From assembly GCA_002269645.1 (NCBI GenBank), contig NIVC01001255.1, positions 186,001 to 250,000 of the forward strand: 64,000 nt of DNA, read 5' to 3'. Both the position numbers and the translations under genes were made by a program. The stretch comes from Macrostomum lignano. Taxonomy: Eukaryota. Under the pieces are notes generated by a model. That model had not been told where the DNA came from. It saw only the letters and a program-made list of their open reading frames with translations, and did not search any database. Below are positions 1-11,919 of this stretch, piece after piece (position 1 is the first letter of the stretch; every line of letters begins with the position of its first letter).

Positions 1-135
1 CCATTGGCCGGCCGCCAGCAGCCGGCACACTTCGTCCGGACGGTTCGCCTTCACCGCCAAGTGCAGCGGTGTGTCGGAACGAAACGACGCCGGCGCCGGC
101 GGTGCGAGCGGCGGCGATGCCGGAGCCTGCGGCGC
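1..135 (-). CDS. ASB13-like ankyrin repeat protein, exon 3 (gene continues beyond window start)
   Basis: Acceptor ctttcag|GCG at 136/135, phase 0. Translates APQAPASPP...SDTPLHLAVKANRPDEVCRLLAAGQW, an ankyrin repeat. Confidence 0.8.
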
Positions 136-204
136 CTGAAAGTTTGAGTTCGATTGGAAAGTCCTCGAAGGTCCTTGTTATCCTTCAGGACACCCGCTGT
201 CGCT

Positions 205-372
205 TCAGGGTTAGAGTCGCTAATCCTTCAGGCAGCCCGCTTCCGCTTCAGGGGAAGAGTGGCTAATCCTTCAGGCAACCCGCTTCCGCTTCAGGGGAAG
301 AGTGGCTAATCCTTCAGGCCAGCCAGATTCCGCTTCAGGGTTAGAGTCGCTAATCCTTCAGACAGCCCGCTC
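205..372. repeat. Short intronic tandem repeat (about 43-52 bp units)
   Basis: gctaatccttcagg...ttccgcttcaggg repeated about 4 times. Confidence 0.8.
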
Positions 373-759
373 CTAACCTCTTAACTTTCGGTCTTTCAGG
401 CAAGATGCAAATAAAAGTACTTTTGAGTACACATGCCAATCACAGAAAAAGCAAAAATATGAATGAAATCTTTTATTTGAAGAGCCAGTGTTCTAAATAT
501 GTTACTTGAAGTAGTTTAATGTAATAATGCCAATAACGATTGTAAAAATGCTCGAAATTCTATAGAACTATATCGAGGCTATACTGATGCTTAATGACAC
601 AAAACAATGTTTCAAAATATGTAAAATAATGAAAATGACTATGAAACAGTTTACAGATGTCATATACTCGTATAAGCGAAAAAGGCAAAAATTCTTTAAT
701 GCCCTAAAAAGAAATCGAGAAATCGAGTTTGAAATCCTTCAAGACTCCAAGGAATCTAA

Positions 760-885
760 CAGGATTCCGATAATCCCTACAGGATTCCGTTAATCCCTAC
801 AGGATTCTGTAAATCCCTTCAGAATTCCGATAATCCCTACAGGATTCCGATAATCCCTACAGGATTCCGATAATCTCTACAGGAT
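760..885. repeat. 20-bp minisatellite, left part
   Basis: aggattccgataatccctac units; the same array resumes at 2010-2100. Confidence 0.9.
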
Positions 886-892
886 GTATATA

Positions 893-1071
893 ATCTTTGT
901 CTGTTCTTTTGGCTCCCATGGCAGAGAAAGGCCGAGGACGCTGTTCTCAGGCCGAGGCGAAGCCGAGTTCTCAGTTCTGACTGAGACTGAGAGCCTGAGC
1001 CTGAAGGATTAGCCTTAGAATTGCGTCCTCGGCCTCTCTCTGCCATAGGAACCAAAAGAACAGACGAAGAT
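893..1071. mobile_element. Hairpin/MITE-like element
   Basis: 49-bp inverted arms at 893-941 and 1023-1071 with 4 mismatches, and an 81-nt loop. Confidence 0.55.
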
Positions 1072-1076
1072 CGTAC

Positions 1077-2009
1077 TTAATCTACAGATTTTGGAAGCGA
1101 CTGGGAGTGGGAGAGAGGTATTCGTCAAAAGCGGGGGTGTGGGGGGCATGGGAGGCATGTGGGGGGAACTGAGAATCATGGAACACGACTTGGAACTCGC
1201 TTTCGACTGGTTGAATGACATTGAATTGAGAGAAAACGAGGCTTCTAGATTTGCTTTACTGTCCGATAAGAGGTTGCTGAAAGGATTGACGCTGCTGTGC
1301 CGGAATCGACACGCCGGAAGGAACGATGGGCACTAAAGCAATTTGACGACTGGTTTCAGGAGAGGCAAACCAAACTGCTTCATGGAGACGCCTGCGGTCT
1401 ATCTGTGTCTACCTATCGGCCGGCATACTCTCGACTCCAATTGTGGCGAATATCACCAAACCCGTGTCTACGGATGGTAAATTCTCAAACCAGTCTCCAA
1501 GGAAGACTTGTGCCAGCAGGTTGCATCGGGCTGGACTGGCTAGGGACGATACAGCCCGCGTCACTGGACATTCGTCCAACGCAATAGAGAGGTACATACG
1601 GCTAGACGTCCAGGACCATTCGCGTATGACCTACGCTCTACACGCCGGAGGAGCCGTGGAGTCCAATGGGCGGACCAATGAGCAAGATGTCGTGTCTGAG
1701 TACTACCAAGAAGATGCGCATGACTGTCCACGGTGACACCAACAGCGTAGAAATCATGTTCGAGTAAATCGGCAAGAATGAATCGGTCTTTACTGCTGTT
1801 GATAGTTTATACTTCTAATGGACTAACTGACAAATTATAGTCGTTCTAAAATATTCTCAGGCCTTGTTCTTAGGCCTGTTAACCGGTTAACAGGCCTCGT
1901 TTTGAGTTCTCAGGCTTAGTTTTTTAGTGAGGTTTGGCCATAGACTATCGTTCCACTAGAAAAGAAGGAGCCTAGGAATTTAGTGTGAACCGTCATATCT
2001 GTAGGTTAA
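1077..2009 (+). mobile_element. Internally deleted Crypton-like (DUF3504 tyrosine recombinase) element in an ASB intron
   Basis: RFALLSD/EVAERIDAAVPESTRRKERWALKQFDDWFQER (Crypton/KCTD1/ZMYM-type N-terminal motif, frameshifted) followed by FSNQSPRKTCASRLHRAG...VTGHSSNAIERY (YR C-terminal motifs). Ends are TTAAtctacagat...atctgtaggTTAA (12/13 inverted match). Confidence 0.72.
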
Positions 2010-2100
2010 TCCGATAATCTCTACAGGATTCCGATAATCCCTACAGGATTCCGATAATCCCTACAGGATTCCGATAATCTCTACAGGATTCCGATAATCC
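2010..2100. repeat. 20-bp minisatellite, right part (overlaps the exon end)
   Basis: Same unit as 760-885. Confidence 0.9.
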
Positions 2101-2268
2101 CTGGGCGAGTCCAGGCGGGCACCGGAGCGGGCCAGCACCAGCGCGGCTGCGGGCCGGCCGTGCCAGGCTGCGTAGTGCAGCGGCGCGCCCAGGTGACCAT
2201 CGAATTTGTCAGGAGCGGCGCCGCGGTCCAGGAGCAGCTGGGAATGATGAGGAGGCGGAGCGGTGATA
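2085..2268 (-). CDS. ASB13-like ankyrin repeat protein, exon 2
   Basis: LLLDRGAAPDKFDGHLGAPLHYAAWHGRPAAALVLARSGARLD (compare ASB13 LLIDVGANLEAHDCHFGTPLH). Acceptor actcag|T at 2268 is in phase with the exon-1 donor; donor CCT|gtagag is phase 0. Exact boundaries uncertain. Confidence 0.7.
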
Positions 2269-2279
2269 CTGAGTAGTCA

Positions 2280-4178
2280 CCATTCACCCAACATCATTCA
2301 CCAATCGCTCACTCATCATCCAATATTCACTCAAGATTCACCATTCACCGACTCTAATCTACTATTCACCCACCCAACTTCACCACTCTAATTCACTATT
2401 CACCCACCCAACTTCACCATTCTAATTCACTATTCACACACTCAGCTTCAATATTCACACACTCAGCTTCACCACTCTAATTCACTATTCACCCACCCAA
2501 CTTCACCACTCTAATTCACTATTCACCCACCCAACTTCACCATTCTAATTCACTATTCACACACTCAGCTTCACCATTCACACACTCAACTTCACCACTC
2601 TAATTCACTATTCACCAACTCAACTTCACCATTCACAGACTCTAATTTACTATTCACCCACCCAACTTCACCACTCTAATCTACTATTCACCCACCCAAC
2701 TTCACCACTCTAATTCACTATTCACCCACCCAACTTCACCACTCTAATCTACTATTCACCCACCCAACTTCACCACTCTAATTCACTATTCACCCACCCA
2801 ACTTCACCACTCTAATTCACTATTCACACACTCAGCTTCACCATTCACACACTCTAATTCACTATTCACCCACCCAACTTCACCACTCTAATTCACTATT
2901 CACACACTCAGCTTCACCATTCACACACTCTAATTCACTATTCACCAAATCAACTTCACCATTCACCGACTCTAATCTACTATTCACCCACCCAACTTCA
3001 CCACTCTAATTCACTATTCACACACCCAACTTCACCATTCACCCACACTAATTCACCATTCACCCACTCAATTTCACCATTTACCCAGTCGAATTCAACC
3101 TTCACACACTAATTCACCATTCACCCACATATTATTCACCATTCACCCACCATCATTCACCATTCACCCACCATCATTCACCATTCACCCATCATCATTC
3201 ACCATTCACCCACCATTCACCCACCATCATTCACCATTCACCCAACTTCACCACTCTAATTCACTATTCACCAACTCAACTTCACCATTCACCGACTCTA
3301 ATCTACTATTCACCCACCCAACTTCATCACTCTAATATACTATCCACCCATACAACTTCACCACTCTAATTCACTATTCACACACTCAACTTCACCATTC
3401 TAATTCACCATTCACACACTCTAATTCACTATTCACCAACTCAACTTCACCATTCACCGACTCTAGTCTACTATTCACCCACCCAACTGCACCACTCTAA
3501 TTCACTATTCACACACTATTCACACACTCAGCTTCACCATTCACACACTTATCTACTATTCACACACCCAACTTCACCACTCTCTAATTCACTATTCACA
3601 CACCCAACTTCACCATTCACCACACACTAACTTCACCATTCACCCTCAATTCACTATTCACCAGTCGAATTCAACCTTGACACACTAATTCACCATTCAC
3701 CCACATCAATTTCACCATTCACCCAGTCATTCACCATTCACACCATATTCACCATTCACCCACATCATTCACCATTCACCCACCATCATTCACCATTCAC
3801 CCACCATCATTCACCATTCACCCACCATCATTCACCATTCACCCACCATCATTCACCATTCACCCACCATCATTCACCATTCACCCACCATCATTCACCA
3901 TTCACCCACCATCATTCACCATTCACCCACCATCATTCACCATTCACCCACCATCGTTCACCATTCACCCACCATCGTTCACCATTCACCCACCATCGTT
4001 CACCATTCACCCACCATCGTTCACCATTCACCCACCATCGTTCACCATTCACCCACCATCGTTCACCATTCACCCACCATCGTTCACCATTCACCCACCA
4101 TCGTTCACCATTCACCCACCATCGTTCACCATTCACCCACCATCGTTCACCATTCACCCACCATCGTTCACCATTCAC
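2280..4178. repeat. G-poor intronic minisatellite (ttcaccattcacccaccatc family)
   Basis: Degenerate units grading into a pure 21-bp array at 3780-4178. Confidence 0.95.
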
Positions 4179-4582
4179 CTCGCAGAGCGCAGAGCGGCGG
4201 CATGCCCAGCGGCGGCGGCCTCATGCGCCGGGCCAGTCAGGGCGAATCGCGGTGAAATCCAGGCGCCCCGATCGAGCAGCAGGCGGACCAACGCCGAGCA
4301 TCCGCTGGCAGCGGCATCGCACAGCGGTGTCGCGCCGTCGATGTTCTCCCGGTTGACGCCGGCCCCGTTGGCCAGCAGGTAGCGAGCGGCCTCAAGGTTG
4401 CCGGCCTGGCAGGCCAGGTGCAGCGCCGTGTTGCCGTCGGCGTCGCAATCGTCGATGTGCCGGTCGCCGTCGATGAGCGGCAGCAGCCGGGAGCGGTCGG
4501 CTGCGTCGGTGGCCATCGCGTGGTCAAGCAGGACTCCGGCGGTGGACTCCCGGCCGTAGAGGGCCGGCACGCAGCCAGACAT
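4179..4582 (-). CDS. ASB13-like ankyrin repeat (SOCS-box family) protein, exon 1
   Basis: DADGNTALHLACQAG...RENIDGATPLCDAAASGCSALVRLLLDRGA...GPAHEAA closely resembles ASB13/9/11 (ARNIDGSTPLCDACASG). Donor AG|gtgaat at 4179/4178. SOCS box not in window. Confidence 0.8.
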
Positions 4583-4639
4583 TGAGGACTCCGACTGGGA
4601 CGAGGCTGACTATTGACTACTGCTGAAGCTATGATAAGA

Positions 4640-5220
4640 GGCTTGGATTAGGCTCAAGATACTGGATCTCACCCCTGAGACTAAGCTTAAGATACTGGAT
4701 CTCACCCCCTGAGACTAAGCTCAAGATACTGGATCTCACGCCTGAGACTAAGCTCCAGATGCTGGATCTCACCCCTGAGACTAAGCTCCAGATACTGGAT
4801 CTCACCCCTGAGACTAAGCTAAAGATACTGGATCTCACGCCTGAGACTAAGCTCAAGATACTGGATCTCACGCCTGAGACTAAGCTCAAGATACTGGATC
4901 TCACCCCTGAGACTAAGCTCCAGATACTGGATCTCACGCCTGAGACTAAGCTCCAGATACTGGATCTCACGCCTGAGACTAAGCTCCAGATACTGGATCT
5001 CACGCCTGAGACTAAGCTCCAGATACTGGATCTCACGCCTGAGACTAAGCTCCAGATACTGGATCTCACCCATGGGACTAAGCTCTTGATACTGGATCTT
5101 ACCACGAGACTAAGCTCAAGAGACTGGATCTCACCTATGAGACAGCTCTAGATACTGGATCTCACCCCTGAGACTAAACTGAAGATATTGGATATCATCC
5201 CTAAGACTAAGCTCTAGATT
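4640..5220. repeat. 33-bp minisatellite
   Basis: gatactggatctcac(c/g)cctgagactaagctc(a/c)a units. Confidence 0.95.
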
Positions 5221-5679
5221 TTGAATCTGACTCTGAAACAAATAAAAATTTAATAGATTCTCCCCATGGAAATGAACTTAGAGACAAACAGATCATTCTA
5301 GTCAGCAATTTTAAACAATAAGTTGTCAAATTTAGCAGCAAAATTGTTTTTTATGTTACATATATAATTATACAGTTTGTTAAGATTGCTAGACTGGTCA
5401 TTAAAAACTATGATAAGAAGATTAAGCGACAAAGAATAATTTTTCTGACAAAGGGACTAGGAAGGGCTAAGTGTGGCTTCAGACCGCAAAAAGTCACTTC
5501 CAAAATGAGAAAAAAAATGACACTGTCACCAAAGAAGAGATTTCATTAAAAGTATAAAAAATATAATTATCCCATCACTCAGAAAACTTTTAGAAATTGT
5601 CGGAAAAATCACCCACTTTTTGAATACTCACTCGTTCACTAAGGTATTTGTTCAATGTTCAACCACCATTGTTCACCCA

Positions 5680-6375
5680 CTATCATTCACCTGACCCACT
5701 ATCATTCACCTGACCCACTATCATTCACCTGACCCACTATCATTCACCTGACCCACTATCATTCACCTGACCCACTATCATTCACCTGACCCACTATCAT
5801 TCACCTGACCCACTATCATTCACCTGACCCACTATCATTCACCTGACCCACTATCATTCACCTGACCCACTATCATTCACCTGACCCACTATCATTCACC
5901 TGACCCACTATCATTCACCTGACCCACTATCATTCACCTGACCCACTATCATTCACCTGACCCACTATCATTCACCTGACCCACTATCATTCACCTGACC
6001 CACTATCATTCACCTGACCCACTATCATTCACCTGACCCACTATCATTCACCTGACCCACTATCATTCACCTGACCCACTATCATTCACCTGACCCACTA
6101 TCATTCACCTGACCCACTATCATTCACCTGACCCACTATCATTCACCTGACCCACTATCATTCACCTGACCCACTATCATTCACCTGACCCACTATCATT
6201 CACCTGACCCACTATCATTCACCTGACCCACTATCATTCACCTGACCCACTATCATTCACCTGACCCACTATCATTCACCTGACCCACTATCATTCACCT
6301 GACCCACTATCATTCACCTGACCCACTATCATTCACCTGACCCACTATCATTCACCTGACCCACTATCATTCACC
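5680..6375. repeat. 19-bp minisatellite
   Basis: cactatcattcacctgacc, near-perfect copies. Confidence 0.97.
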
Positions 6376-6676
6376 CGTCCACCTCGCCTGATAACATAAA
6401 AGCAGATTGACAGACAAATAAAAAATGGAACAGCAACCATTTAAGGAGGGCTCATTTCAGAAAAAAATACCTTACTTTGTGAAATTCTTAACACGAGAGT
6501 TTTAATACAAAAAGGCTAGATTTCGAGTATCCACAAAGATGTCACACGCGAAAAATAGATCATAATAACAACTTCAATAAAAGTATGATTTTAAAAAATA
6601 AACATAGAGCACTGAGCTGAGTTACTTACATGGACACCTTCAAGTAAAGATAAAAGGGTATTTTAAACGGATATCG

Positions 6677-7200
6677 GGACAGACAGACCCTAGATAGAAC
6701 TTCAGGCTTGGGACAGACAGACCCTAGATAGGACTTCAGGCTGGGACAGACAGACCCTAGATAGAACTTCAGGCTTGGGACAGACAGACCCTAGATAGAA
6801 CTTCAGGCTTGGGACAGACAGACCCTAGATAGAACTTCAGGCTGGGACAGACAGACCCTAGAAAGGGCTTCAAGCTTGGGACAGACAGACCCTAGATAGG
6901 ACTTCAGGCTTGGGACAGACAGACCCTAGATAGAACTTCAGGCTGGGACAGACAGACCCTAGATAGGACTTCAGGCTTGGGACAGACAGACCCTAGATAA
7001 GACTTCAGGCTTGGGACAGACAGACCCTAGATAGGACTTCAGGCTTGGGACAGACAGACCCTAGATAGGACTTCAGGCTTGGGACAGACAGACCCTAGAT
7101 AGGACTTCAGGCTTGGGACAGACAGACCCTAGATAGGACTTCAGGCTTGGGACAGACAGACCCTAGATAGGACTTCAGGCTTGGGACAGACAGACCCTAG
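6677..7200. repeat. 34-35-bp minisatellite
   Basis: gggacagacagaccctagataggacttcaggctt units. Confidence 0.95.
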
Positions 7201-7274
7201 GACTTCTGGAAGCACAACTTGAAACACGAGCTTATCCCCAAAACGATCCCCAACACAGGGTCTCCGTTACGCAA

Positions 7275-7601
7275 TCAGAGCAGCCTAACCCTACAGCTGG
7301 GTGTTGAGCAATAGCAGATGAGCTCTTTGCCTGGCACACTGCCAACCTCGTAGCTATAGTCCCAGCACAGCTCCTCGCCAGCCGAGATTCTTCTAAGAGC
7401 AAAGAAAGCCGTCTCAGGAAATCTGGGATCGTGAGTTTTAACGAATACGCTCTGCACTCGACAATTGGGCTCGCAGGAATGGTTCATGTAGCGGCCGAGA
7501 TTGCCGCGCTGCTTGGCGTCCATGACGTACGGGTGCGACTCGCCGAACCAGCTGGTGCGAAGGTCCACCGGGCCCGAGGCGGAGCTGGAGTTGAAGCGAA
7601 C
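7275..7601 (-). CDS. SETDB1: SETDB1 last exon: C-terminal SET half and post-SET
   Basis: Acceptor ttcccag|GTT. YVMDAKQRGNLGRYMNHSCEPN...THDPRFP...ELCWDYSYEVGSVPGKELICYCSTPSCRVRLL* matches the SETDB1 C-terminus (...CRGRLL*). Confidence 0.95.
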   Translation of the reverse strand, partial: VRFNSSSASGPVDLRTSWFGESHPYVMDAKQRGNLGRYMNHSCEPNCRVQSVFVKTHDPRFPETAFFALRRISAGEELCWDYSYEVGSVPGKELICYCSTPSCRVRLL

Positions 7602-7634
7602 CTGGGAAAAAGAGAGGGGAGTTGGGGTTAGACT

Positions 7635-9000
7635 ATCTACTTCTCACTCTCGGTAGATAAGGTGAGATCTAGATTGCAGTCTGTCCACTGTCCACTCCTC
7701 ACTCTCGGTAGATAAGGTGAGATCTAGGTTGCAGTCTATCCACTGTCCACTGCTCACTCTCGGTAGATAAGGTGAGATCTAGATTGCAGTCTATCCACTG
7801 TCCACTCCTCACTCTCGGTAGATAAGGTGAGATCTACTTTAGATTGCAGTCTGTCCACTTCTCACTCTCGGTAGATAAGGTGAGATCAAGATTGCAGTCT
7901 GTCCACTTCTCACTCTCGGTAGATAGGTGAGATCTAGATTGCAGTCTGTCCACTTCTCACTCTCGGTAGATAAGGTGAGATCTAGATTGCAGTCTGTCCA
8001 CTTCTCACTCTCGGTAGATAAGGTGAGATCTAGATTGCAGTCTGTCCACTTCTCACTCTCGGTAGATAAGGTGAGATCTAGATTGCAGTCTGTCCACTTC
8101 TCACTCTCGGTAGATAAGGTGAGATCTAGATTGCAGTCTATCCACTGTCCACTTCTCACTCTCGGTAGATAAGGTGAGATCTAGGTTGCAGTCTATCTAC
8201 TATCTACTTCTCACTCTCGGTAGATAAGGTGAGATCTAGATTGCAGTCTGTCCACTGTCAACTTCTTACTCTCGGTAGATAAGGTGAGATCTAGGTTGCA
8301 GTCTATCCACTGTCCACTGCTCACTCTCGGTAGATAAGGTGAGATCTAGATTGCAGTCTATCCACTGTCCACTCCTCACTCTCGGTAGATAAGGTGAGAT
8401 CTACTTTAGATTGCAGTCTGTCCACTTCTCACTCTCGGTAGATAAGGTGAGATCAAGATTGCAGTCTGTCCACTTCTCACTCTCGGTAGATAAGGTGAGA
8501 TCTAGATTGCAGTCTGTCCACTTCTCACTCTCGGTAGATAAGGTGAGATCTAGATTGCAGTCTGTCCACTTCTCACTCTCGGTAGATAAGGTGAGATCTA
8601 GATTGCAGTCTGTCCACTTCTCACTCTCGGTAGATAAGGTGAGATCTAGATTGCAGTCTATCCACTGTCCACTTCTCACTCTCGGTAGATAAGGTGAGAT
8701 CTAGGTTGCAGTCTATCTACTATCTACTTCTCACTCTCGGTAGATAAGGTGAGATCTAGATTGCAGTCTGTCCACTGTCAACTTCTTACTCTCGGTAGAT
8801 AAGGTGAGATCTAGGTTGCAGTCTATCTACTATCTACTTCTCACTCTCTGTAGATAAGGTGAGATCTAGATTGCAGTCTGTCCACTGTCCACTTCTTACT
8901 CTCGGTAGATAAGGTGAGATCTAGGTTGCAGTCTATCCACTGTCCACTCCTCACTCTCGGTAGATAGGTGAGATCTACTTTAGATTGCAGTCTGTCTACT
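7635..9000. repeat. 48-bp intronic minisatellite (SETDB1)
   Basis: ctcactctcggtagataaggtgagatctagattgcagtctgtccactt, including a 562-bp block duplication. Confidence 0.95.
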
Positions 9001-9065
9001 TTTCTTATAGGATAGATATACTATCCTACTGCCAGTAGCAAGCAGGCACAAGACATCGCACCCAC

Positions 9066-9287
9066 CCGATCCTCCGGTTCTCGGGCGAATCGCTCGAAGC
9101 CCTCCTTCTCCATCTGCATGATCTCGATGAGGTCCAGCTCGGCCTGGTATTCGTCCCCCAGTTCGGTGCCGTAGCGCACGGCCGTCTCCTCGTTGTAGAC
9201 TTCGCCAGCGTAAATGCAAATGAAAGCGCCTTTGGGAATGTCGTGCAGAGTGCGGATGCCCCAGCCTTTGCGGGCGGTGCGAAATAC
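9066..9287 (-). CDS. SETDB1: SETDB1 exon: N-terminal SET half
   Basis: cctcag|VFRTARKGWGIRTLHDIPKGAFICIYAG...GDEYQAELDLIE...KEGFE...EDR|gtgggt; 222 nt, phase 0/0. Confidence 0.93.
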
Positions 9288-9379
9288 CTGAGGCGAAATA
9301 AATTCATATTGTTTGCAAACAATACTTATTATTATAAAGCATGAATAAGATCGGAACGTTTCTAGGTAATGAATCAAAG

Positions 9380-10210
9380 AAACCTCGGATAGCAACGGGG
9401 AATTGATCTCGAGTAGCATAGCAACTGGACAATAAATCTCAGGTAGCATAGCAACGGGACAATAAAGCTCAGGTAGCATAGCAACGGGACAATAAAGCTC
9501 AGGTAGCATAGCAACGGGACAATAAAGCTCAGGTAGCATAGCAACGGGACAATAAAGCTCAGGTAGCATAGCAACGGGACAATAAAGCTCAGGTAGCATA
9601 GCAACGGGACAATAAAGCTCAGGTAGCATAGCAACGGGACAATAAAGCTCAGGTAGCATAGCAACGGGACAATAAAGCTCAGGTAGAATAGCAACGGGAC
9701 AATAAAGCTCAGGTAGCATAGCAACGGGACAATAAAGCTTAGGTAGCATAGCAACGGGGAAATCTGTTTTCATAGCTCGAAGAAATCTCAGTCTCCATAG
9801 AAACGGGGAATGTCTCCATAGCAACGGAAAAATCTGTCGCCATAGCAACGGGGAAATCTTATTCTCCATAGAAATGCGGAAATCACTGCCAGCATAGCAG
9901 CAGGAAAATCTCAGTCTCCATAGCGACAAGAAAATCTCATTCTCCACAGCAACAGGGAAATCTCGGTCTCCATAGCAACGGGGGAAGTCATTCCGCATAG
10001 CAACAGGGAAATCTAAGTCTCCACAGCAACAGGGAAATCTCAGTCTCCATAGCAACGGGGGAAGTCATTCCGCATAGCAACAGGGAAATCTAAGTCTCCA
10101 TAGCAACAGGGAAATCTGTCTCCATAGCAACGGGGGAAGTCAGTCCGCATAGCAATGGGGAATCTTTGTTTCCATAGCAACGGTAAAAAGCCAGCATAGC
10201 AACGGGGCAA
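9380..10210. repeat. 30-bp intronic minisatellite with degenerate flank
   Basis: gcatagcaacgggacaataaagctcaggta units. Confidence 0.93.
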
Positions 10211-10248
10211 AAGTCAGTCAAGAAGAACAAACCCAAACAGCAACTCAC

Positions 10249-10644
10249 CTGCAGCCGATTGCGCAATCCGTGCTGCACAACCCGATTGCGGCAGGTGGCC
10301 GCCCGGCACCGGCACTTGGCATTGCACTCGTAGATGCCGCCAAGCGCCCTGGCCATGTGCCGGCCGTGACGATAAGTGACTCGAATATCAGCTTTGCCAG
10401 TGATCGCCTGCGACGATCGAATAGTGAGCTGCTGACAGGCGCAACGACGCCTATCCGAGCAGTCGTCTGTGCAGTCGCAGCAGACCAGGAAGCCCGGCTC
10501 GGATTCGTTAGTGTTAACGCCCTGAGTAGGGACTCGCTCGGCCGCGTATTCAATGTAGGGCAGGCTGGTGTTGTCCAGGCTGTTCACCGCGCTGACTGGC
10601 ACGGGCTCTTTGCCGTAGCTGATGTCCTTCAGCTGGTAGATTAT
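10249..10644 (-). CDS. SETDB1: SETDB1 exon: pre-SET
   Basis: tcgcag|IIYQLKDISYGKEPVPVSAVN...CCDCTDDCSDRRRCACQQLT...GIYECNAKCRC...CRNRVVQHGLRNRLQ|gtgagt; 396 nt, phase 0/0. Confidence 0.93.
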
Positions 10645-10709
10645 CTGCGAATTTAAAGGTGGGGCGACTAATTAGGTACCGAGGATACTGTCAATTAATG
10701 GAGGGCCCT

Positions 10710-11045
10710 ATAAGTAGCTACTTTATTGGCCCTAAAATAGCTACTCTGTTGGCCCTAAAAACAGCTACTTAATCGGCCCTATAAACAGCTACTTAATCAG
10801 CCCTATAAACAGCTACTTAATTGGCCCTATAAATAGCCTCTTAATTGGCCCTATAAACAGCTACTTAATTGGCCCTATAAATAGCTACTTAATCAGCCCT
10901 ATAAACAGCTACTTAATTGGCCCTATAAATAGCCTCTTAATTGGCCCCATAAACAGCTACTTTATTGGCCCCATAAACAGCTACTAAATTGGCCCTATAA
11001 ACAGCTACTTTATTGGCCCTATAAACAGCTACTTAATTGGCACTA
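10710..11045. repeat. 24-bp intronic minisatellite
   Basis: ggccctataaacagctacttaatt units. Confidence 0.92.
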
Positions 11046-11084
11046 AGTGGGCCTTCAGAAGGAACCACAATAGAGTCAACCAAC

Positions 11085-11259
11085 CTTGAGCGGCTGGAAT
11101 TCGTTGTTAATCCGAACGGCGGCATCGAAGCAAAAGGCGGACACGTGCAGCCGGCAGCAGGTCTCTCTCAGGTAGGCGTCCAAATCGGCGTGGCTGCGCA
11201 AGCTTCGGCCGCAGGGGGCCCGGTACTCCACCACTTCGCGGCCGCGCCCGGCCGGCCCT

Positions 11260-11290
<31 letters not shown>

Positions 11291-11828
11291 CAACTCCGCC
11301 GTCGTCATCGGCGGCCAGCACCAGCAGTCGCCACCAGCCAAGCGCTACGGGCGCCTCCAACGGATTCCGACCCCTAGCAGCGGCGTCATCGAAGGCAACA
11401 GCGCTGGACAGGCCGCCGGCAGGGTCCGGGCAGCAGCTGGGCGAGCAGCGATGCGGCCGGTACAGCCTCGGCTGCGGGCACGGCGACTCGGGATCGAATG
11501 TGGCCACCTGACGGCCTCTGTAGGCCGCGTCCTGGGCTACGCTGTCGTCGTCGGAGTCGCCGTTGTCACGTCGACGGCGACGCCGGCCAGTCGAACCGAT
11601 GTACACAAAATCATCATCGTCCTCGGCAGCGTTGGCCGTCGATTTTGACGAGGCCAATCGACTGGCGGATGTGGACTTCCTAGCGTGGCCGACTCGAGCT
11701 TGCGAGGCCACAACCGCTGCAGACACCTGCACTTGGACTGGCTTCTGCTTTGGCTGCTGCTGTTGCTGCTTTGGCGGCCCGTACAACCTGTCGTAGAGCG
11801 TCTTGAGCCGCGTGCTGCCGCGGTACAC
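11085..11828 (-). CDS. SETDB1: SETDB1 exon: end of Tudor 3, linker, MBD
   Basis: ttgaag|VYRGSTRLKTLY (SETDB1 WIYRGSTRL motif)...RGRNPLEAPVALGWWR...EYRAPCGRSLRSHADLDAYL...FCFD|gttggt; 744 nt, phase 0/0. Confidence 0.9.
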
Positions 11829-11919
11829 CTTCAAGTTAATGGATGATTGGGCGGCCCTGGTGAGCTGTAGAGCTGCGTCAGAGAAGAGTAACAAAGGACA
11901 GTAAAGGTGATTTGAAGAG

